A stretch of 64,000 nucleotides of DNA. Origin: Octopus bimaculoides. Its lineage: Eukaryota. Numbering within the stretch: position 1 is the stretch's first letter; every line of letters begins with the position of its first letter. The translations under genes and the position numbers were made by a program. Below the pieces are notes generated by a model that worked only from the letters and a program-made list of their open reading frames with translations, made no database searches and was not told the DNA's origin. The stretch spans positions 84,840,687 through 84,904,686 of the forward strand of contig NC_068990.1 of the NCBI RefSeq assembly GCF_001194135.2, given 5' to 3'. Positions 47,578-58,500 of this stretch are shown piece after piece.

Positions 47578-50500
47578 CTGTAGTCGAGTTTAACAATAAA
47601 TCAAATTTACATGAAGCTTCAATATTGTTTTAAGTTTATTCAAGATTTAAACTTTAACATGCAAAACCTACATCAAATAAACAACGAAATGAAATTCAAA
47701 TAGGAATCACACTTGCGTTTTTGCACAATTCTCTCTCATGTGTAGATAGATTCCCTCATCTCCCTGCAGACATTAACTTACAGCTGTTTAAGCTGAATTT
47801 AAACCACGTCATCCCACTAGGACTAGTAAATGTCATAGCTACAGCTCTTTCTTATGATTAAGTCATAAAATAAATTTCAGTTGACTAGCAACTGTTACTG
47901 TGGTCAAAGAGGATGAATAATTGTTTCTTGTTTCAAACAAAAGTGTTTTAATAGAACTGAAATATTGACAGTTTCTGTTACCTAGGTGAATAAATTTCTA
48001 TGGAGGAAAATGTTATGAAAGCATAATAGTCAGAGTGGAAAAAAATCACGGAGTTATTACTTCTGGTTTCAAAGGGCAGATTGTGTGGTGCTTGTGTACA
48101 AAGTACAATGTTGTATGGAAGCGAAACATGGGCACTGAATATAGAGGATGTATGAATGCTGGAAAGAAACTGGGTGAGTAATTTCCTTTCCTTTACTCCC
48201 CATGATTGTAAATCAGTGAACAACCTGAAGTAGGATGTATTCCGACAGGCTCACTTGCCCACAACACTGTATGAAGAAGAATGTCTTTTAATGGTCGTCC
48301 AATAACCCAGTAACCAATTTGTTATTATATTTTTGTTGAAATACACTGCCTTTGTTTGAATGAATTTTTAAAAATAATAAACGACCGTGAGGTTGTGAGT
48401 TTGAATCTTGGACCGGGCTGCGTGTTGTGTTCTTGAGCAAAACACTTATTTCATGTTGTTCCAGTTCACTCAGCTGTAGAAATGGCGTGGAGAGGGGAGG
48501 CTGGTATGCATGGGCGACTGCTGGTCTCCCATAAACAACCTTGCCTGGACTTGTGCCTCGGAGGGGAACTTTCTAGGTGCAAACCCATGGTCAGTCATGA
48601 CCGAAGGGGGTCTCAGCAGCTCAGTAGCTATTGTTACTACATTAGACTTTGCTTTTCTAAATTTGCCAACTTTGTACAACCCTCATCCAAACCTACATGA
48701 TGCAGTTGCCTCCCATCAACTTGTTTCACTGAATTTCAACCTCATAGATTTTGTATTCAATACCTTCTCAATCCTTTCTATTTAAAATGGGTCTGGAATT
48801 TTCATACCTTCTCCATGTCTCCCTATAAAACACCAACTATAGCAGCTCAAGCTGAACATTAATTACATGACCCCACTAATTTATCCCTTTCTCTCAGTCT
48901 AGATGCACCAAATTCTTAGATTTATCATGAATCGAGTTTCAATTGAATAGATGCTGTAACTCACCTCAGCTCCAACAAGCTGGGTTTCACCATTGTGCCG
49001 AAAATAACTCTTGCCTTTAAAAGAATAGAAACTTTCCTGTGCAAACGTGGAGATTTCTGTCATAAAAGAAAAATAACAATTCTATGGTTATTACATTTGA
49101 AAGCTGGTAGCAAATGATGCAAACTTTTAGGAGTATTAACCTTAACTTAGGAGTTGAGACAACTTTTCAATATTCATATAACATTGTCATGGCCGATGCC
49201 AGTACTAACTGACTGGCACTTATACCGGTGGCACATAAGCACCATTTGAGGTGGTTGATGCTAGTGCTACCTGACTGGTCCTGTGCTGGTGGCATGTAAA
49301 AAGCACCATTTCAGCGTAGTCGTTACCAGTGCCGCCTGACTGGCTCCTGTGATGGTGGCATGTAAAAAGCACCATTCAGGTGTGGTTGAAGCCAGTACCA
49401 CCTGACTGACCCTCATGCCGGTGGCACATAAAAAGCACCCACTACACTCTTGGAGTGGTTGGCATTAGGAAGGGCATCCAGCTGTAGAAACCTCGCCACA
49501 TCAGACTGGAGCATGGAAAGGGATGTGAAATGATGATGATGATTTTGAACTTGGAATGTTATCAGCATTTAAAGCCTATATTCCATACTGGCATGGGTTG
49601 GATGTTTTGACAGGAGCTGGTATGTCAGAGAGCTGCACCAGGCTTCAACTGTCTGTTTTGGTGTCGTTTCTACAGCTGGATGCTTTTTCTAATGCCAACC
49701 ACTTTACAAAATGTACTGCATGCTTTTTATGTGGCATTGGTATGGGAGCTTTTTACATTGTACAAGCATAAGTGCTTTATACATGAAACCAGCACAGGTG
49801 TTTCTTAAGTGACGTCAGCACACGTAAGGCAATTTGTCAGATGCTCAAAAAATTCTAACAATCCACTGAACCAAATAATTACCTGTTTGAGAACTCTCAA
49901 GAGCAAAAACAACTTCCCACTACATTCATATTCTATCCAGAGAGAGAGAGAGAGAAATATATATCACTCAATTGCTTAATGCAGAGAGAAGTTCATTATA
50001 CAGCTCACATCCTCTCCTAATGAGCCAATGTGAGCCAATATGCAACCATTTGATCTGTTAGAAGTAGCAGACAAATTCCCTCAGATCACATCCCATTTCT
50101 TTAAAAAAGGAAGGCCACATTGAACAATGAAGTCCCAGAAATACAAACAAACAGGATGGTCACAGTTGGAATGTTTTTGACCACTGAGAAGATCAAAGGT
50201 TTACTCAATCAGAACTGACTCCAGACAAAACAACAAGTCATCAACTTCTACACAAGAAACCTCTAAGATGAAGATAACCCAATCACATAAGAATCTGTAG
50301 TGGTGACAGATCATTCTCAAATGAGGATAAATCAACTGTCTCTCTTCTCAATGCTCTGGACTGTCACAACTTTTCAGAGAGGATTGTCATGGTTGAAATG
50401 CATTTGATTATAGGTCTGGTGGTTCAAAGTTGACCTGGTGTTAAAACAACATCAACAAGTGTCAAATCAATGAAGGAACCTATATTCAGTCGCTTGATGC

Positions 50501-53500
50501 ACTAGAAGTAGCAACTAGTTTCCCTACATTACAACTTAATATAGATAATATAGTATGAAGTACATTACGGCTAAAAAGGGGAAAAACTGACTGGAATATT
50601 TTTATTATTGGTCAGATCATTCAGGATTACCTTGAGTGTATAAACAACAACAACAGCAGCAGCAACAATATACATACGTACCAATAATATGCAAATCTGA
50701 AGACATTTTCTTAGCATTAAGAACTGGTTTGAAGTCTACAGTTATATTTGATATGATCAAAGGTTTTATCATCTGAGTGAATATCTGATCACAGTGTAGG
50801 CGAAATTTGTCTTTTTCTTCTCTAGATAAATGCACACCAACAACTTTATAAGCATCACTGATTCCAAAATACAATGTACAATTTCTTCCTGTAAGGAATA
50901 TACACAAACACACACACATATATATATATATCAGAAAAGCATTGTGGTACAGAACTAAAATAACAAGACAAAGAAGACGGAGAGTTTCATACAATGCAAA
51001 AAGGGAAGAGTTTAGTAACCTTTATATATTTCGGGCACAAAGGCCCATCATCAGAAGTAAAACGGAGTCAAGAAATGTGAGTCTATACAAATCTTGCTCG
51101 TTGTTTGTTGTGCTACACAACAATCAACATGTATAGACTCATTACCTCCGCCTTAGCAAAGGTGGAAGTATTGTTTGTTTGTATGTGGACAAGATATCTC
51201 AAGAACCGCCAGATGGATTCAGATGCAACTTTCAAGGATATTTGACCTCGTGACTGGCACGAACTGATTAGATTTTGGGATCAATCCAGTACCAGACAAG
51301 GATTCTGGATTATTTTTCCTGTTTTTTTTTTTTTTACTTAATTTTTGAGAGCGGTCGGGTTCATTTTTAGTATTCTCGTTTGTGAGAGCAGTTGAGTTTA
51401 TTTCAGATATTCTCATTTTAAAAATCATCTCTGGTTAATTGTTGAGAGGACATTGGTGTTGCCTTGGTGGAGGTTTGTGCTCTCTGAGTGCTCTTGTCGG
51501 CTCGTAAAATACACCATTTTGAGCGTGGCCGTTGCCAGTACTGCCTGACTGGCCTTCGTGCCGGTGGCACGTAAAAGCACCCACTACACTCTCGGAGTGG
51601 TTGGTGTTAGGAAGGGCATCCAGCTGTAGAAACTCTGCCAAATCAGATTGGAGCCTGGTGTAGCCATCTGGTTCACCAGTCCTCAGTCAAATCGTCCAAC
51701 CCATGCTAGCATGGAAAGCGGACATTAAACGATGATGATGATGATGATGATGTTAAATGGTGATGATGATGATGAAGACGGTACATGTAAACACACATAC
51801 ACAAATTTGTTTAGAAAGAGGGAGAGGAGAGATAGAGTTGTGGGGAGGATAAGAGAAAAAAAGAAAAGAAGAAATAAACAAACGTAAAAGCTTACGAGAA
51901 TTTAACATTCCACAGACAGTTTGACCTACTTCATTCATCCAATTTGTTTTGTTTGCTCGTAGAATTGCATGAGTTGTATCTTCGATGAAAGGCACTTCAG
52001 CACCTGGAATTGTGATGAAAATTATTACAAGACATGCATTGATACAAGAACACATAAATATATAAGACAGCAGGAATGGGGCAATTTACTGAAATGATGT
52101 TCAGCACATGCTTTGTATTTATCTAATTAACCACCACAAAAAAAAAAAAAGGCAACCCAGTAAATGGTTAGTATTCATTTAACCAATCACAGAAGACTGA
52201 AAGTCAATCAGTGAATGCCTGATGTTTATTTAATGAGCTATGGGAAAAATGAAAGTAAAGACTGACCTTGGCAGTTTTTCAACTCAGAGTGCCTTGAGAC
52301 ATTAGTAAATGCTAAAAGTCATTTAGCCATTATGTCTGCTATTTATGCTGTTCTGCCATCCTTTGAATCATCATCATCATCATCATCATTTAACGTCCGC
52401 TTTCCATGCTAGCATGGGTTGGATGATTTGACTGAGGACTGGTGAACCAGATGGCTACACCAGGCTCCAATCTGATCTGGCAGAGTTTCTACAGCTGGAT
52501 GCCCTTCTTAACGCCAACCACTCAGAGAGTGTAGTGGGTGCTTTTACGTGCCACCGGCACGAAGGTCAGTCAGGCGGTACTGGCAACGGCCACGCTCAAA
52601 ATGGTGTGTTCTATGTGCCATCCGCACAAGAGCCAGTCCAGGGGCACTGGCAACGATCTCGCTTGAAAATCCTTAAACATGTCACGGGCACAAGTGCCAG
52701 AAAGGCGATGCTGGGCACAGGTGCTATCCCGATTTCGCTTTTACTTGCCCCAATAAGTCTTCAACAAATATAAAAAGACATTGTGTCTTTTACTTGAAAT
52801 ACAGTTAAATAGAGTATAGCTGGAAAATAGCCATAAACAAAGGGGTACAGTTGACTGAAATGATTTTTTTTTTGTGCCTTAGTTCCATTTTTATCAGGTC
52901 TCCCTTTCTTCTGTTTATCCTCTTGGTCATGTTGCCTTGAATGAATAGAGACAACGTAGAGTAGTGAAGACTCTTTAGTACTGCAGAGTGCAAGACAACC
53001 TTATTAGAGCTGGTGCTATGATAAAATGCATCTGGTACACTGAGTAAAATGGTTTGAGAATGAATGGAAACAATGCAAGATCAAGAGAACATGAAAGTTT
53101 CTATCGTGATGGTGTCATGATACAATGCAGCCAATGCACTCTGTATCGAGTTCGGTGTCAGGAAGGGTGTGCAACCATAGAAACCTTACCAAAAATGGAA
53201 TGTATGAGATGTAAACTTCGAATTCTTCTAGGTGAATAGTAACCCTCAATAAGAACCAACATGGACCAAGATAACCTGTCCAACCCATCCTGACAAGTAA
53301 AATATAAATTAATGATGATGATGATGATGATGATGAATGTGCTTTAAATCCTAATCCTCATAAAATACAATTTCTTTGATAAATTGGAAGATGTGGTGTA
53401 GTCACTATCGCCATTCCAACTTCTAGGAATAGCTGGGTAGATGTGATGGTGTGGTTAGATATTCAGTCTGAGCTTCCACAGAATGTTATTTTGGGGAATG

Positions 53501-55480
53501 AATAACACAGAGAAGGTAGTGCAAGAGAGATGACTCTCTGAGGAGAGAACTGCCTTTCTTGGTAATTCCCACATCTTTCTTCCATACAACCAATGACCAG
53601 CAATTATTCAGATGGAACACTAACATTGACTTCAGTGTCTTCATCTAGTTTTCTCTTAGTCTGAGAAGATCTAAAAAAGGTTGTGGATATTTTTTTCCAC
53701 TTCCCCTAATTAGCAATTAAAGCAAAAACAGGAAAAAAATTTATCATTTGGACAAAACATGGTGTAATTGGATGAGTGACTGATATGCTGAAATTTTAGA
53801 CTACAAATCAACGAGTCAGAAGTTCAAATCTTGGTATAAGTACTGTATTGTGAACTCTAATCCACTCTTGACTAGACATAACTCTAGTTGTCCTAAATAG
53901 ACATGGTTATAAAACACAAATATGTAAATATGTACGACTTAAATGACACGTGTGATAAATATGAGTGATGAGATGTATTTGCATGTAAAAGATCAGATAC
54001 CCACAATTCATACTAATGTCGAAATTGTCCATGAAAAACAATACAGGCAAAGAAACTATATAAAAGCAGACAATATACAGAAAAAAATGTATTAAATATA
54101 TAAAATGTGCACATACCATATTGATAACATCCATCCTGTAGTTTAAAAGGCTTCTCCCTTAAATCATATCTGTCTTAATAAAAATAAAAACAATAATAAT
54201 TGGAGCATTGGGCATGATAAAAAACAAACAAAAGCTATACCTGGATCCTCAACACTACACACTATCCAAAAAATAGCCCTGCTAGGAACAGCCCACAGTC
54301 TACATAAGACACTATCAATTCAATAGTATAACCTAAACAAAACAGGTCACAAACACAAGCCACACTCTATACCGCAATTACCCAGTGAAATAAACTTCCA
54401 CCAGCAAGTTAGATAACCAATGCATTGCACACTTAACACACAATACAAGCAGTAATACAACAAAAGACTGCAGCACACCTCAAGAGAAAAAAACAAACAG
54501 CAACTTAAAGGGATGAAAAGCTAACCCATCTTCAATTTGTCATAGATGGATACAGCACAGTGCTGATAAGAAAAATCAAAACCACTGGTTCCTAAGCTGG
54601 TTATCCATTACTCTACAGACTAAGTTATGTGTGGTTCTTTAAGAAGTTGTTGATAAAAACAAGCCAATTATAAATTACTTGATTTCTTCAGAGAGTTTGT
54701 ACATTTCATTTCAGGGTCTTCACCACAGCCATCCTACAAGGAACAGACATGAAAACCAGGCTATAACAAATAACAAATAACAAATAGGTAGTTGATATAA
54801 AATGGTAAGAATATTTAGCTTGAAATCATCATCATCATTACATCATGATTAAATGTCTGGATTCCATGCTGGCATAGGTTGGACATTTTGGCAGAATCTG
54901 AGAAGTTGGAGGACTGCATCATGCTCTAATAGCTACTTTGGCATGGTTTCTTCAATTGGATGTCCTTCCTAACACCAACGACTTTTCAGAGTATACTGGG
55001 TGCAGTTTTTGTGAAGATCACTTCATAACTTACAAGGCTAAGGGCCTAAAGTGACCCCTATAACTGAGAGAGAATTGAAGTGAGATGGTTCTAAGTAGGG
55101 GATGAGGGAGGAAAGTAAGTTGAGAGGAACAAATTTAAGTTACTATTGGATGGTGGCGGAGAGGGTTTAAATATAAGTACTAGGTTTGATTTGATTGACT
55201 AAGTCCATCAAAGCGGAGCCTCATCATGGCCAGTCTAAGGACGGAAACAAATAAGAAGGTAAAAAGAGAAAGATGGTAGATTTGAAGGTCCTAAAAATAA
55301 AAGGGATTCATGCTGGTGGCACGTAAAAGCACCCACTACACTCTCAGAGTGGTTGGTGTTAGGAAGGGCATCCAGCTGTAGAAACTCTGCCAAATCAGAT
55401 TGGAGCCTGGTGTAGCCACCTGGTTCACCAGTCCTCAGTCAAATCGTCCAACCCATGCTAGCATGGAAAGCGGACGTTAA

Positions 55481-55511
<31 letters not shown>

Positions 55512-58500
55512 CTTTGTAAAACTTTGAACATGAATTAAACTTTGTATCCGCTCATATAAAAAAAGGTGAAGTCAACCCCAGAAGGATTCAAACTGAAAAT
55601 CATAAAAATCATATTTCACATATCGAGCCTTCCTTTATTTGTAACACTTTCATAGGCCATTAGGATGAAAAAGGTAGACAAAGTATAACTTACGTATAGT
55701 CTAAAATCAGCTAAATTTTCTTCCACAGTTTTTAATGCAGGAAGATAAGTTTTGGTATACTGATGTCTGAAAATATATAATAGGATAGCTCTATATTTTA
55801 TATTTCTGTTGACAGTTGATGACGAAACAAATATAAGTACAAGTTTTCAAGGCATATATCAGTTCTCTGTAACAGAAAGAATCAATTCTGTGAGAGCCGA
55901 TCAGAAATAGTTAATTTAGTGGGAGGTGGTGGCGGGGGGAGGCAAATAGGGAAGGGACTGAATGTAATAGTGTGCCAGTGCTGTAATAGTATGTGAGCTG
56001 AGTTACCAAGTCATCACTGCCCAATCACCATCCTCAGTATAGCAAGAAACCATGATGGAGATGACAGAAAGAAGAGGCAGTAGCAGTTGTAGCAAGCTTA
56101 CATCACTGAGGTTGACTTTGGTTTTCATCATTTCATGATCAATACATCGTTAACCTGTTCGCCCTCCAAAATATGAAGGTATTTTTTATGTTAGTGGTCA
56201 TTCTTCGGCTTCCTCTTCTCTTTGCATGTATCTGGGACAATTATTTAGTGATTGACATCATTAACAATTTCATATAAAAACTTCTATTCAACTCTCTCTA
56301 CTGACTTGACAGGCTTGGCTGTGTGTCTAAGAAGTTCACTTTTCAGCCCTATGGTTTTCAAGTTTAATCCAAAGTGCAGCACATTGCACAAGTGTCTTCT
56401 TAAAAAACAATAGAAAATAAAAATATACAAAAAAAAACTTTAAAAACTGTACAATCATAAAGTGATTGATGAAACAAAGTATATTTACACTTTTTCTTTT
56501 TGTATATTTTGACTAGAGTCCGTTTTCTTCAAGTATATCAAATGCTTCACCACATGTTGTATGAATGGTCTACAAAGCATAGAAGCTGGGCACAAATAAA
56601 GAAGTCTGGCAATCATCTTCGTGCCTTCAGAATGGAAAGAAAGAAATAGAAACTTCAGTCAAGAAATGGCTTAAAACTCACATAATAAATGTTCTTGTAG
56701 TTTTTAACTGGTTTCAGTCATTGAACTTAGGATCATCTGCAAGTGTTTAGTCAATTACACAGACCTTCGTTCATTAACGTGCAAGTGGCTGAGCACTCCA
56801 CAGACACGTGTACCCTTAATGTAGTTCTCGGGGATATTCAGCGTGACACAGTGTGACAAGGCTGACCCTTTGAATTACAGGCACAACAGAAACAGGAAGT
56901 AAGAGTGAGAGAAAGTTGTGGTGAAAGAGTACAGCAGGGTTCGCCACCATCCCCTGCCGGAGCCTCGTGGAGCTTTAGGTGTTTTCGCTCAATAAACACT
57001 CACAACACCCAGTCTGGGAATCCAAACCGCGAGTCCGCTGCCCTAACCACTGGGCCATTGTGCCTCCACCATACATATAATAGTCTCTGTCAAAATGAGA
57101 TGATTGTGCCCTTTCCGTTTGTTTTTAGGACAGTAGGGGGTAATTTAAGGAATATCTGCTGTTGTGTGCAGCAGAATAGGGAACCATATAGAAGCTACCT
57201 TCCCTCATCATCATCATCCTTTTTCAAAGTTTGTTTTCAATACTTGCATGGGTTGGACAGTTTGATAGGAACTAGCAAGCCAAAGAACTGCACCAATTCT
57301 CTTTGTCTGCTTTGGCATTGTTTCTATGGCTGGATGCCCTTCTTAATGCCAACCACCTTACAAAGTGTACTGGGTACTTTTTACATGGCATCAGCACTGG
57401 TAGGGTCAACAAGTAGCTTGCAAGACAAAGATTCCTTGACTGGAAGGGGGAGTTGTATTGAGGGAGGTGGCTTTGTACCAAATTTCATTCATAGTCCACG
57501 TATACATTGACACTGTATTGTCAATGTATATTGTTAATGTATTAGTATAGAGAAGCAGTTGCCAGTAGCAAATGATGAAAATGACAATGCATGTATACAC
57601 ATGCACATAACAAAATGAACTAATGAGGGAGCCTCTATGAGGTTGCTTGATCAGCTAGAAATAGCAACCAAATATCACTGCTTGAAAAAAGGGAGGATGC
57701 ACTGTGCAATGTAGTCCCTAGTAGAACAAGAAAAAGAGGGGACGATCATACCTTGAACACTTTTGATGACAGGTCTCGTCAGTGCTGACTTGGAGCTTAA
57801 CCATCACAACACAGACAGAATTTGCTGAGACAGATATTCTATGAATGGAGGCCCTTCTTGTCACTAATCTCACATGTTTCTAAACAAGATAATAGTTCCC
57901 TTTGGCCGGACATGTTTTCACGGAAGACTGGAAACAAAATATCTCACTTGTATGATGTGACACTCACAGCTATCACATGATGTCAAGACAAGGAGAGAAA
58001 AACACACACACACACACATTTTAGGCTTCTTTTAGTTTCCATTTAAAGTATCCACCCACTAGGCTTGGGTCAGCCTGGGGCTACAGTAGAAGACACTTGC
58101 CAAGGTGCCAAGCAGTGGCAACGAACCTAAAACCATGAGGTTGGGAAGCAAAACTCTTAACCATACAAAATGGTTTAGAAAAGTAAGACAAATAAAATAG
58201 AATGAAGCAAAATTAAAATTAAATATAATTACCTCCAAGTATATAGAAGTGTTTCTTGATACTTTTGTTTTTGAAAATAGCATTGCTCAAATAGAGCATA
58301 CAATATTTTAGTAAACTGTCCACCTTATTGCCAAAGTGGAGTTTGTTTTCCAAATATTCATTGCAAATCTCTAAAAATAAGACGACAATAAACTTAGTGC
58401 AACTTCTGACATCAGGAATTTGTAAATAGCAAGTTTGTATGTAATCAAATACAGTTACCATTAGTAATTGACTGTTTTTCATACACTGTGCCATCAAGAC

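Noticed and set aside
52790-53670. Exon-like open stretches (SSQTKRKLDEDTEV; TKESSLLYVV...KQKKGRPDK)
   Set aside because: Their phases (2 in, 0 out) do not fit the flanking phase-1 junction 54117-to-52003, and the model is complete without them
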